A stretch of 63,783 nt of DNA, the filler included, from Vannella sp. (Eukaryota): assembly GCA_023345925.1 (NCBI GenBank). It is 6 parts of 6 records of this genome, joined end to end, with 100 filler letters (N's around TTAATTAATTAA, not from the genome) between each part and the next. Parts side by side here need not be neighbours in the genome. Positions count along the whole stretch, not along the records: positions 1 to 8,449 come from JAJQQN010000095.1; positions 8,550 to 16,927 come from JAJQQN010001002.1; 4 more parts are not named here. One strand, given 5' to 3'. Position 1 is the first letter of the stretch; each line of letters begins with the position of its first letter. Below are positions 1 to 11,500 of the stretch, piece after piece. The position numbers and the translations under genes are program-made. The notes beneath the pieces were generated by a model. That model was given only the letters and a program-made list of their open reading frames with translations, was not told the origin of the DNA and did not search any database.

Positions 1-29
1 AGCCGCTTTTTGTCTTCCTGCTGACTCAG

Positions 30-1552
30 AGAGCCTTCAGCGTCACGACTGACGTTCCTAAGACTGTGAGTATGGGTTATTGCTCACAACGAAGGAAGGA
101 TCGGGTGCAATACGATCACCCCAACAGCGCCTGGTTGATTCACCTTACCCAAGTGACTTCGGGGAAGGAAGTTGTGGCTTCACAGGACGATGCAGTGGTC
201 CAGGCGGGGATAACGTATGAGATTGAGTTTGAATTGAAGAATGCCCAGCCCATGGCAGAGCTTGAAGCTCGAAGAAAAGTCCTTCGCGAAGTGTTTTCGA
301 TCCTTTTGAACTTGATGGGCGACCGCCTCGAGATGTTCCTCGAAGATATCAATCCGCCATTCATTCCCATCCTCCAGAAGATCTGCTGGGACGCAGTGAG
401 GCCCAACCCAAAGGGAGAATATCGAAATGATGGATTCCCTGGCTCCATGCCGGTTTCCTTCAGTCGCCGACACTTCCAGGAGTTGGAGAATAGCGAGTAT
501 CTCATTAGCGAGAAGACAGATGGCATCCGCTACTTGATGTTGATCGTCAATGGAGGGATATTCATGGTTGACAGGAAGTTTGATCTTCAGAGACTCATCT
601 CTTTTGATCCTTTCCTTCTTACAATATCCCAACCAGGACCCACTCTCTTAGATGGAGAGCTTGTTCAGCCTCTGAATGGCACCTCCAAGCTGGCATACAT
701 GGTCTTTGACATTGTTCAATGCCAAGGAGAGATTGTCAGCCATTTTCCTCTCACCAAGAGACTTGCCTTTGTTGGTATGAACCCGATTTGATGTGCCGAC
801 TCTATCCAGGTGGACTGACCTTCTTGATAGATAAGGTTGTGGGTATCTTTGAGAGAGTTTACTTGGATAAGAGGAATGCGCCCCCGCCGTTCCCCATTCT
901 CAAGAAGAAATTCCAAGCCAAGAAGAAGTTCTCGGAGCTGATTGCTTGTATTAGTGAGCGGACTGATGAGTATGGGCACGTGCATCGAGAGTACAATGAT
1001 GGAAAGCGGCATCACCGAACCGACGGATTCATTCTCACTCCGAATCTTCCGTACCAAGCCAAGGGAGACCCAAAGCTGTGGAAGTGGAAGTATACCGATC
1101 TGGTAGGTCAAATAGCTCCATCCAGACTGATTGATCTGATCCCAGTTGGATAAACTAACCAACGCGCTGCTTTCCAGTTGTCCGTGGATTTTCGGATAAT
1201 GCCAGATTCGCACAGACTCATGCTCGCTTGCGGAGGACAAGGAACTCAGTTAATCAACTGCCGGCAGATGGACTTGACAGAAGAAGACCAATCCAAAGTG
1301 AATCAGATTCTGGAGTCGCGAAGAAATCTCCAAAGTCGGGGGTTTGATCCCTACTTTGAGTGGCTCAAAGACGATTGTGTGATTTTGGAAATGACCTTTG
1401 ACGCTGCCTCTGGCACTTGGCGCTATCACTTGGAGCGCCCTGATAAGGACCGTCCCAACCACATCAGCGTTGTCTTCGACACCATGGAGGCCATCGCAGA
1501 GGGCATCACCAAAGCGAACTTTGAAGCCCTCTTCTCTCCAAAGCGAGACTAA
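30..1552 (+). CDS. mRNA capping enzyme, 5'-partial: C-terminal part of a tunnel-type (CYTH/Cet1-like) RNA triphosphatase fused to guanylyltransferase; introns 775-830 and 1103-1177
   Basis: GTase motifs I (EKTDG), III (LLDGELV), IIIa (YMVFDIV), IV (TDGFILTP), V (KWK..SVDF) and VI (RPDKDRPN) join in frame across GT-AG introns. Upstream RRKDRVQY..W.I.LT.V..YEIEFEL matches TTM motifs. Confidence 0.9.
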
Positions 1553-1624
1553 ATCAATGAATGAGACACCTCATTGAAGGGGAAATGCCCCCACCAAGAA
1601 TAAATCGATTGACGCGACAAGAGA

Positions 1625-1729
1625 GGGTCTCTCTCACGGGTTCGTTGGAACTGACAGAGAGTGAACTGGTTCGAGGAGTTCACTCGTTGACCAATCAGTG
1701 AGTGGTCTAGAGCGGGAGACCCGGATTTT
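1625..1729 (+). ncRNA. Candidate ~100-nt cloverleaf structured RNA, family unknown
   Basis: Closing stem 1625-1633/1714-1722. Hairpins 1639-1652, 1659-1685 (perfect 9 bp, loop GGTTCGAGG) and 1689-1707. Followed by TTTT at 1726-1729. Confidence 0.5.
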
Positions 1730-1939
1730 ACTAATCTCTTCCATGTGCCAGAAAGTTGAAAACTTAAAAACATATAAAAATACGATTCCGACCCCTCGCC
1801 ATCGATTTTGGGGCCTTTTTTGAAGGTCCTCGTTGCAGGTGGTCGCCTCGTGGATTTTCTCACAGGCCAACCGTCTTTGGTTGCCCCGAATGTGCCCTCA
1901 CTGAATAGTAAACTTGAATTGAAAGATTTATCGGCACGA

Positions 1940-3629
1940 ATGGGCTATTGTGTTAACATCCTCGATGTTTGCGACGGAACTCTGGGTTCGTTCCTGATGG
2001 GAAGAAGAGGCTGCTTCGGCTGACCAAAGAGAGTGTAGGACCAGTTTGAAGAAGTCTGGCGCCGTGTCTCTGCTGGAAAGGACTTTGCGACGGGCTCCGC
2101 AGACTTCATCCACAAACGCGCTGCCATTGAGAAGGAGTACGCAAAGAAGCTTCAGTCTCTCTGCAAGACAGCAGAGAAAGATACGGGGTATGCACCTCCC
2201 TTCAGACAGAACTGCACACTTACCCCGGAATGCAGAACAACAGCCCAAGCTTGGACTTCTCTCTTAGAGCAAACGGAGAACGTGGCGAAGAAGCACAACG
2301 AGTTTGGGGAGCACCTATCCATTGGAGTAGAAGAGCCACTCCAGGGCTTCCTCAGGGAGACGAAGAAGTCTCGACTTGCGGTACGTCGATAAGCGTAGCT
2401 CAAGGAGTCCTGGGATTGACGACTTGCGCATCAGTTGAGGGAAGAAGGGAAGAAGTACATCAAAGATGTTCAAGCAGCAGAGGCAAAGGCGCTAGCAGCC
2501 AAGCAAGCGTTTGAACAGGCCCGGAAGAAGCAAGACGAAACGAAAGAAGAGTACGAGCGAGCCGCATTCACTAACCAGCAGTCTCCTGCGGTGGAGAAGC
2601 TGGGAAAGAAGATGAGAGCCGACGCAAAGAAGTCTACAACCTGTGACAAGAAGTACAAAGAGTCGGTTGATGCTTGCAGGTCGCTTCAAGACAAGTTCTA
2701 TGACGAGGAGATGCCTCGAATCCTTGCTGTAAGCCTCACCAACTCATCTTGTATCTCTGATTCACTCAAACACCCCACAGGAGTTCCAAGCAATGGAGGA
2801 ATCGCGTTTGGAGCGACAAAAGTTGGTTTGGGACGCTTATGTGGAGCTGCAAAGGAGCGTCTCGCCAGGCATCCTCTCTGCATGTGAACTGATGAGCACT
2901 ATGGTGTCTCACATCGACCCTGACGCCGACCTCAAAGCCTTCGTACAAGAAAAGCGAACAAACGCTCCATTACCCGACCGTGCCGTGTACGAGACGTACA
3001 GTCCAGAGGTAGGTTCATCATCATCTCCTTAAGTATGTCCACTGACCTCCTTCTAGCTCGGCAAGTGTGTCAAGCAAGGCGAGGGAGGGAGCGGGGCTTT
3101 CTCAGCGCCTGTTGCTGTTTCGTCCACTACCTCCTCTGGAAGCGCTGTTCGCGCAGCTGGGAGCTCTTCACAACGTGCACCAGTGTCCCGAAAGTGAGTA
3201 CAGTCCTAGTGGCCGACCCAAGTAGCTGAAAGCATTGAAAGGGGGATCTCGGAGTGTCGGGGTCTTTATGATTACAACACAGAGGATCCTAACGAGCTAC
3301 CTTTCCGTCAGGGCGACATCATCACAGTGCTACAGAAGGATCCGAGTGGCTGGTGGCAAGGAGAGCTCAACGGACGTATTGGAGTCTTCCCCTCCGTGGA
3401 TTGGGTCGAGGAGCTTGGCGGTGCTGCTCCCACTCCAAGTGCCCCAGCAGCAGCTGCGAGTAGGAAGTGCCGTGTGTTGTACAACTACACAGCAGACAAC
3501 CAATACGAGCTGTCCATCAAAGTCGGAGACGTTCTCACGATCGAGGGTGATGAAGAAGGATGGTACAGCGGATCTAATGCAAGCGGACAGTTTGGTCGTT
3601 ACCCTTCCAACTACGTCGAGCACCTCTAA
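1940..3629 (+). CDS. F-BAR domain protein with two C-terminal SH3 domains (multi-exon)
   Basis: Spliced N-terminus DQFEEVW..FIHKRAAIEKEYAKKLQSL is F-BAR-like, followed by FYDEEMPRIL..QAMEESRL. Two SH3 domains (LYDYN..ELPF..GWWQGELNGRIGVFP; LYNY..ELSI..GWY..GRYPSNYV). Confidence 0.9.
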
Positions 3630-3826
3630 GTCAACAATGAACATAGTCAGCCCACTTCGCCACGCAGTCATGGAACTTTCTCTTTATGTCCATAAATGCG
3701 AAGTACTCTGCGAGTTGAAGACATGGCAACAGGTTCATGAGGCAGATCACCACAAGATCCAGCTCTTTGAACGTATGTAACATCTATGAAAAGTTAGTGG
3801 GTGAGACGAAGAGAAAGAGGAGAACA

Positions 3827-3908
3827 GGGGAGTTCAGAGTAATCTGCGTATCGACAGCATTTGTCCGTTAAAGGAATTGACATACAGTTTTGATCATCAC
3901 AAACCCCC
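3827..3908 (-). ncRNA. Box C/D snoRNA with an 18S rRNA guide, inside a 140-nt intron (3784-3923) of a probably non-coding host transcript
   Basis: Minus strand: C box GTGATGA (3894-3900), guide GTCAATTCCTTTAA (3868-3881) complementary to the conserved SSU sequence UUAAAGGAAUUGAC, D' CGGA (3864-3867), D box CTGA (3834-3837), and a terminal GGGGGTT/AACTCCCC stem. Confidence 0.8.
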
Positions 3909-3995
3909 GCTCACAGTTCTCACCTCAAGACCATGTCAGCGCAAGAGCGGCATGAGAAAAATCAAACTTCCGCGAAAATTTCAACCAAAGTTTTG

Positions 3996-6616
3996 TTACT
4001 CTTTTTTGGCTTCGCGCGGTTCCTCTTCAAGAGGCTGGGTGTCATGTAGTGCGCCAAGGGCTGCCTCTGTCACGCGAGGGCCATGTAAGGGGAAGGAGTC
4101 TTGGGAGGAGCTGAGAATCTCTTCAAGGTTGCGGCCAATCACTTTTTCGGACTCTTTGCGCTTTGGGAAGATTACAGCAAGCTGGGATCGAGTGATTTTG
4201 TTGGCATGTGCTTGGCATTGTTCAAGTTGCTTGGCAATGTGTGCTTGCTTACTCTTGTAGTCATTAAGTGCTCTTTGGCACTTAGCGAGAGCTTGTGGGT
4301 GACTACGCACCTCTTCAGTCTCAAGAAGGAGCTGTTGCGTCGCAATTAGGCTCTTCAATGTAAGGTCCAGGTTGGCGAGGCGGTGTCGGTTCTCCGAGAT
4401 ACGCTCAACCTTGTCTGGCGCGGGCGCAGGGTCTTTGTTTGTGGATTCGATGCCCAAGGGAACTGCCTTAACAGCAAGAAGTTTACAGGTGAATTCGTAG
4501 TACTTGATAGCGCGCACAAGATCTCCTGTCTCAACAAAAAGAGTTCCACAAAGTGCAGAGCAGTGGGTCAACAGCTGCAGAATCTCATACGGATTATTAC
4601 TAATATCTGCTCGAATCTCCTCTTGAGTCTCCTGGAATTTGGGCAGAAGGAGTACGAGAGTACGCTGAAGAGTTTGAATTGCCTCCTCCGGGCGATTATG
4701 GAAGGCAAGAGTATCTGCAAAGGTAACAAGTAGAGAGCTGGCCATTTCCGGTGGGAGTTCGTTGTTATTGGCTCGGGTCAGATTATCCAAGCCACTGTCC
4801 AACAGGCGATATGCTGTTTCCAGAGAGGGTGACTTTGATGCCAAATCAATTCCTTCTCGGTTGATGCGATAGGGAAGATCGAAGACTCTCTCTCCAAAAT
4901 CCAGACACAACGCTGCCTTCAATTGACTTCCAAGGTAGCTTGCCATCTCGGGCGCTGGATCCCAATATGAGGCGCAAAAGAATGGCTCAACCATTTCAAG
5001 AACTTCCGCAGCACGTTCCGGTTGGCCTTCTTCGAGGAGCTTATCCACAGCAGAGAGGGAGAACATACATAGATTTGGCGAATACTCGTCCACTTCCTCA
5101 TCAGCCCACGCGCGAACCAAGTTAAACAACATTTCCAAGTACAATTCTCTGTGTTCCTCTGAGTGCTGGTAGATACTGATACCCTCTCTTAAAATAGAGG
5201 TGTAAGGGAGCTGTGCCGCCATGGCCTTCCTAGTCAAGTTGTCGTCCGTATTCTCAATGTCCTTCATCATGAGATTGTGAGTTTTCTTGGCCACGTCCAA
5301 AGACAACAAGAGAAGCTCCAGAAATTCCTGCTCTGTGCGGTTGGGATCACTGTGAAGGAGTGTGAGTAGCTCAAACTGTACTTGACAAGCTAAGGGACTA
5401 TGTTTGCCCGCATGTTCGATGGCAAGTGACATTGCTGCTCGAAGGAGGGCCTCCGCTTCGTTAAAGAGGTCCATATTCATCTTCAGGCGAGCGATTTGAA
5501 CAGTCGTATTGATTCTCTCGCGGATAGGATCGACCCACTCGTCAATTGAGATGCGCCGAGCGTACTTCTGAGGAGTAGTGTTCTCTGACTGCAGTTCTAA
5601 GAGGAGCTCAAGGACTGTTGTAGCCTTCTGAATCTCCCCAAGCTCTAAATAACCATGGGCCAAAGACCTACCCACGAGTATGAGGTGCACAAAGCACTCA
5701 GAAGGGTACATTGCGAGCACTTGCATGGACGATTGAGTGATTTGGGTGCTCTCTTCGACCTTGCCTTGCTCCACAAGACAGTCTGAGAGAAGGCGAACCA
5801 CACATCCATAGAAATTGAGGTAAAAGTAGAACTCGCGCTTCTGCCCGTCCGCTTCTTCGACTTGATCAGGCTCCAGGACCTCGGGGATGGCGTCCAGGTC
5901 GCCCTGGAGTTGTACAAGAAGGTCCTCCGTACTGATCAACCAGAACATGAGCCTCTCGTGCAGTTCGTCCCACTCACGAGCGACTTCCAACATGGAAAGG
6001 TGGACCAAATGAGAGTTGAGTGTCAGAGGGTGATTAGGGCTCCAATGCTTTGTACGAAGCTCTAGAACCTTCTCTATCGAAGAGAATGCGCGATCGTGGT
6101 ACTCCTCCTTGCGCCGTTCGATGATCCTTTCGATTCTTTCGTTCTCTTCGGTGTAGGTTTGCACTACCGCAGGTGTGAGGACGCGGGTGCCTTCATCCTT
6201 GTTAAAGAAGTCATCTGGAGTATCGAGTGGTTCGACCATTGGTACACCCTGGCTCTTAACCCAGAACTTGGCGTAGTTCTCTAGCTTCTGAACCCTCTCG
6301 AAGACTTCAACTCCGTCAGTGGACCATTGCAAGGAGGGAAAGTGGGAGAAGTGGGCTCACTCTTTTCCAGGTCAGCGTTCTTGTTGTGCTTAGACGAGCG
6401 ATCGATGCCGTACAGCGAGAACTTGCGTGTCTCCGTGTCCACTCCTGCCTTTGAGGCTTCTTCCTCGGCCTGTTGCGCCTGATTGCGCTCAAACCGATCT
6501 ATCGTTCTACTTCCGATCATACGATCATTCATAGACTGGTTGCTGATCAACCTCTGGCAAACAAGCCGACTCCCCGCACTCCTCCTCCAGAGGCACCTGA
6601 AACCTCCCCGCAACAT
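3996..6616 (-). CDS. Helical TPR-like repeat protein with a probable mitochondrial presequence; intron 6311-6360
   Basis: The Arg-rich N-terminal exon MLRGGFRCLWRR splices in frame to the 778-aa ORF. Repeats resemble kinesin-light-chain TPRs (VLELRTKHWSPNHPLT; AEALLRAAMSLAIEHAGKHSP). Confidence 0.65.
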
Positions 6617-6738
6617 TCAAATGGCCTTTCCCCTGCAAGAAGTGAGCTCCTTAAGGCTATAGGATCGTCCATGCACGGACAGGGAGCGGGACAGGCACTA
6701 TTCACAAACACTCTTTCGAAGGGAAGCTCTCTGATCCT

Positions 6739-7686
6739 TTAACCATCTGTGTATGAAGTATGGAAGAGAGGGGAAAGTGGGATTACATCCTCAATGGCTG
6801 AATCAGCCTTATCGAAGTGATCTTTCTCTGTGAGAGCCAACTCGGTAAGGGAAGGAGTCGTTAAGTCATGCCTTTGGCTCCGTAGTAGACCAGAGTTGGC
6901 CATAGTCATAGAAACTAGTCTGAGAGAGCTAAACTGTCTTCTGACTGCTTGACGGGCTTCCTTTGAGGAGGTAGGGGACTCGAAGGTCGCGACCAACACG
7001 AGTTCACAAGCATAGCTCAGCCCACACGTGATTCTGACACTAACCTGAGCATTCTCATGACGGAGAACGATCGAATCACCTCCCAATCCATCGTCAGAGT
7101 CCAGCAGGAAGCGGAACTTTGCAAGATCAGACACGATCACGCGAACAGCATCCTTATGCTGATGTGTTCGAAGGAAGAAGGCCCCACGCAGCTCTTCTTC
7201 GTTCAAGAAAACGTTCTCTCTCGCCCAACGCTCGTTCTCACTTAGTGAGGGGGAGGGATGGTGTAGCAACAGCTGATGAGCAAGCATGCAGTCTTTGGCC
7301 AGATCCAGAGTGAATTGAGTGAATATACTCTGTGCAAAAGCTTCTGTGGACGAGCCAGGGGCGTGTTGGCGGTCCTCACGCATGAAGAGGCTCAGGCACT
7401 TTCCTGTTTGGGGGTGTTGCTGGTACTGCAGGAATACCTGACGATTGGAGAAGCTTTGACGGAAGCACAGAGTGTGCATTCCGGTTGCTATCGCTTGAAA
7501 ATCGATCCTCTCAAACCAGAAAATGGTGGTGGGAAGGAGCCAGCTCCATTTACTCTCCGCATGCAAGCGGATGCGCCATTCCCCCGTATCACAGTTGTAT
7601 CTACTACTTTGATATACAATCGCTTCCATCGTGGCATCCGATTGATACCCGAACAAAGACAACGCGTTCGAGAACCAACCAGCCAT
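6739..7686 (-). CDS. Uncharacterised 315-aa protein, paralog of 11694-13184
   Basis: Intact ORF with blocks of similarity to the 496-aa ORF (FQAI.TG..FxQ.xSNR; PGSST..FxQSI). Confidence 0.75.
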   Translation of the reverse strand: MAGWFSNALSLFGYQSDATMEAIVYQSSRYNCDTGEWRIRLHAESKWSWLLPTTIFWFERIDFQAIATGMHTLCFRQSFSNRQVFLQYQQHPQTGKCLSLFMREDRQHAPGSSTEAFAQSIFTQFTLDLAKDCMLAHQLLLHHPSPSLSENERWARENVFLNEEELRGAFFLRTHQHKDAVRVIVSDLAKFRFLLDSDDGLGGDSIVLRHENAQVSVRITCGLSYACELVLVATFESPTSSKEARQAVRRQFSSLRLVSMTMANSGLLRSQRHDLTTPSLTELALTEKDHFDKADSAIEDVIPLSPLFHTSYTDG

Positions 7687-7777
7687 CCAAAGGCAACGAA
7701 AAGTGGATTTAAAAAGAAAAAAGTAATCACAAAATTATTCTCTTTGAATGAGGTATACACAAATAGCTTGGTCTTCC

Positions 7778-8449
7778 TTATTGGACTTTTTTGACAGCAG
7801 GGCAAGTGGAAGAAGTGCAATACCTTCCGCTGATGGGAACATCGAAAAGAGTGGAAATGGCGCGAAGATACTGGAGCGCAGCGTCCCAGGATGCTGAGTT
7901 GGTCTGAAAAGGGGTTAGGGATGAGGCAAAGGAGGGGGATGACTTGCCTCTTCGTAGTGGTCTTCGGCTTGACCAGTCAATTGACCATACACGCAAGTGT
8001 GGTTGAGCTTGCTCCACGTAGAGTAGTCGTATGTGCTCTCGTAGTAAGCTTGAGAAGCTTCTGGAGCATCAGAGATCTCCTTGCATTGATCCCCAGAGGC
8101 AGAATCCTCATAAGCCAATGCCCCAGACTGGTACATGGCCAAGCATTCCTCGGGCTCTGCGGTACAATACACTTTCCAGTCGCTGATGGGGAACATGTAC
8201 CCGATCTCGTCCTGTGTCAGGCCAAGAATCCAGCAAGGCGCCTCCAAAGTGCATTCCACCATGTCCGCAATCACACCAGGAAGTGTGTAGTTGACTCCCA
8301 TCTTTTGGTTCCCGTAGGGCGGACCGTAGTACTTGGGAATGGAGCTGGGAAGGTCAAAGTCACGAGGCAGGCCCACACTGAGCTCGGGCGCCAGCTCACC
8401 GGGGATGGTGATGACTTTGATGGGACCCAGTTTCACATATTTCACTTCG
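7778..8449 (-). CDS. 5'-partial protein with neutral-ceramidase-like C-terminal motifs; GC-AG intron 7904-7947
   Basis: TIPGELAPEL, ILGLTQDEIGY and the spliced HYEE|TNS motif; the ORF runs into the contig gap. Confidence 0.55.
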
Positions 8450-8549
8450 NNNNNNNNNNNNNNNNNNNNNNNNNNNNNNNNNNNNNNNNNNNNTTAATTA
8501 ATTAANNNNNNNNNNNNNNNNNNNNNNNNNNNNNNNNNNNNNNNNNNNN
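8450..8549. other. Artificial contig linker (N44-TTAATTAATTAA-N44)
   Basis: Identical 100-nt spacer with stops in all six frames, repeated five times in the window. Confidence 0.98.
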
Positions 8550-8588
8550 GAAATTTATTACAATAAAAAACGACGTGCGAAGACCCAA

Positions 8589-11500
8589 ATGGCTTCTCAC
8601 GTTCGGCGACTCTCAGATACTCTGCGGACCTCCAAAGAGAATATTCCTGAGCAAAAGACTGTCATTGAGACTCCTGCTGCCACTCCAGATCGCTTATCTC
8701 AAGCAAAAACAGAGTTGGATGAGGAGTTGTCGGCCAATTTTCACTTGCCTGAAGAGGAAAGGGTCTTTGAAGCACCCTACTGTTTCATGAAGCGTGGTGG
8801 AAGGTATCAACCAGGTCGGCTTTACGTGACTCAGCATTATCTTTGCTTCCGTACCATTACTGGCAGCTCTAGCATTGCTCCCAAGCTCTTCCAAACGTCT
8901 CTTGAGGTTGTGGAAGATGTCAGAGTGGAAAACGTTACACAGATATTCCCTTTCGCTCTTCGTGTTCGAGCAAAGTCTACCGATGGCCACAAGTACTTCC
9001 GTTTTGCTTATGTGCCACACACCAAACGTGTATGTGAAGGTATTCGCACCGCTGCTTTGAGATTCAATGATTTCGATAACAGTGCGACCTTCTGGGATGG
9101 AAATGCTGCGGAGATGTACAAAAAGCATTTTATCAACACTAACGTCTTGCCTCCCACAGAGTCCTTCTTAATGACAACACGGTGTGCACGATTTGACCCA
9201 GTTCTCAGACGTGGGCATCTTTTTGTTACGGACAACTTTGTATGCTGGCATTTGATCAACTTTGTGGGAAGTAGTCAAGAGATTGTTCCGTTTCGCCATC
9301 TCCGGAAGGTCGAGGTGGAGGCTAATCAGGTCCTTTTGTTCACTGAATTTGCATGCTTCAGACTTGATGGAGTTGTCAACCCTGACCAGATAATCTCTGT
9401 TATCTCTCGCCAGAAGATTCTTCACACTGAGTTATCAACATCAGGGGTTCTCCCTGCTTCTCAGGTGATTGAGATTCAGCTGCAGAAGAGAGAGCAGCGC
9501 TTTGTTGTTGGAGATTACCAGATTGCTGCCAGCTCATTCTTTATGCGCTCTGGAGACAAAAGAGACGTTGGTGACCTCCATGATTGGCAGGAATCTGCCT
9601 TCTTCACCCTCCCAGATAATTCTCATGTATTCAGCCTGCAAATCCAGTCTCCTTGGCTATCTTGTTCCACTCCTGTCGCATTAGAAAGAAAGGTTTTGCA
9701 GTTCCGTGCAGAGAAGATTGCCAGAGTTGCTCAGGTGAGATGGACTCTGTCACTGCAAAGGCTTTATGCTCACTTTTTTCAGAACAAGGATTCTATGCGA
9801 CTTTTACGATCCCAGAGGGAAGAAAAGATACTATCTGGGGACGGGACATGGCAATCATGGCTAGCCCATGTTGCAACAGATGAGGAGCGCCAAACAATCG
9901 TCCTGTATGGTCGTCGGAAGCGTAAGTGGTTGATCTGTGTCGCGTGTACTGATTTCGGTAGACTTCCCACCTTCTGGAGCACTTAGCCAAGACGTAGTGC
10001 TGACCTACCATCAGAACTGCCATTCTCTTTCTTATCCAAAACTAACGGAAGAGCAATTAGTCGAGAGTGTTCAGGCGATCTGGAAGAGCTTAGAACCTCT
10101 GATGATTTTCAATTATGAGAAAAGCTCGCTCTTCTATCAATTGGAAACTTTGGCTTGTGACTATGGAGGCTTCAATTGGATCAAGCAGCGCCCTCACCTT
10201 TTCCCAAAGGAGTTGAGGCTTTGGGCTGGTGAATTTGTGCGGAGCCTTTTGTATCAGTTAGAGATTGGCGAGATTCCTATCTCTGAGACGATTGAGATTG
10301 AGCTGCTTGGCTTTGAGGACAAGAGTATGAAGACAACACAAAGTCCAATTTATGTGATTCACTCCATCGCGACGGCGAAGGAGAGACTTTGTGACAATGA
10401 TAATGATTGGATGGCGAGGGTCTGCAGCTACTTATCTTGGGTGGTTGAGTATCTTCATGCGCCTCACCTCTCGTGGGCGCTTATTATTCAGGCAGCTGCG
10501 GACAAACGCTGCCTCCCAGTAGTTCGCCAGACTCTCCACGCTACAATTGAATACTTACTTCACTTCCGTATTCTTGGCTCAAAGGGAGCATTTGTCTCTC
10601 TTCCACTTGCCAAAAAGCTTTCCAGTCCTGATTTTATGTCCAAATTCTCCTTCAATGAGCGGTTTGCCTGTTTGCTACTTGAATATTCCTATTTCCGATT
10701 CTTATTGGAAGACGAAAGGTACTTACTTATCGTTCAAGCTTGCACTTGTTAACTTGCGGGATATTAGTACGGAATCTTTGTACTCTGTTTTGCTGGGTGG
10801 ATTACTTGTCAATTCAGTGACTGATGAGATGCAAGGACTTGCCTGTCGCGAGATCACTTGGTACGCTTCAACAGCAGTCGGGCGACGCTACCTTTTGAGT
10901 GTACCGGCAATCCTCCCCTTTTTGTACCATCTGTTGAGTGGAGAGAGTGAATTGGTTGTTGTCGAGGCTGCAGGGGCATTGACAAATCTTACATCGGAAA
11001 CAGAAAATGCCAAGGAAGCGGTGGTTAGGTGTGGCATCTTCCCCTTGATGCTCACTAGATGCCTGGCTCTCCCCTCTAATTATGCCCCAGAGACTATCTC
11101 TGTGTTCCTACGACTCTTGCGCAGTTGTAGTGGAACTCCTGAACGCCAGACCCTCCTCAGCACAGATAACGGACTCTCTGTATTGACTGGTCTTATCACT
11201 AAGTCTTGGCTATCCCAGAGCGATGAAGCTTTCGAGCAAATAGTTTCCATTTTGTGGCGAGTACTGAATGACACAAACCAGAATCTCATAAGCCAGGGCG
11301 AAGTCCTCGATCGAATTTGCGAGCGCCTGCAGCAGACAGAAAACTCTCCAGTGCTCCAATGTGGCATTGGCGCATTGGTAGCTATGTGCTGTCGCAATGA
11401 GTACAACTGCATCAAAGTGGGGCAACTTGGGATAGCCCAATGGATAGCGGAGGTTTGTGCAACATTAGAGGATCCGATAGTTGTCCATCGCTGCCTTTTG

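Noticed and set aside
1757..1830. TTGAAAACTT and ATTTTGG plus a hairpin, resembling U4 snRNA
   Set aside because: The U6-pairing stems and 5' kink-turn of U4 are absent; more likely an AT-rich promoter.
8450..8549. Repeated TTAATTAATTAA palindrome flanked by Ns (five copies)
   Set aside because: Artificial six-frame-stop linker used to concatenate contigs; not biological.
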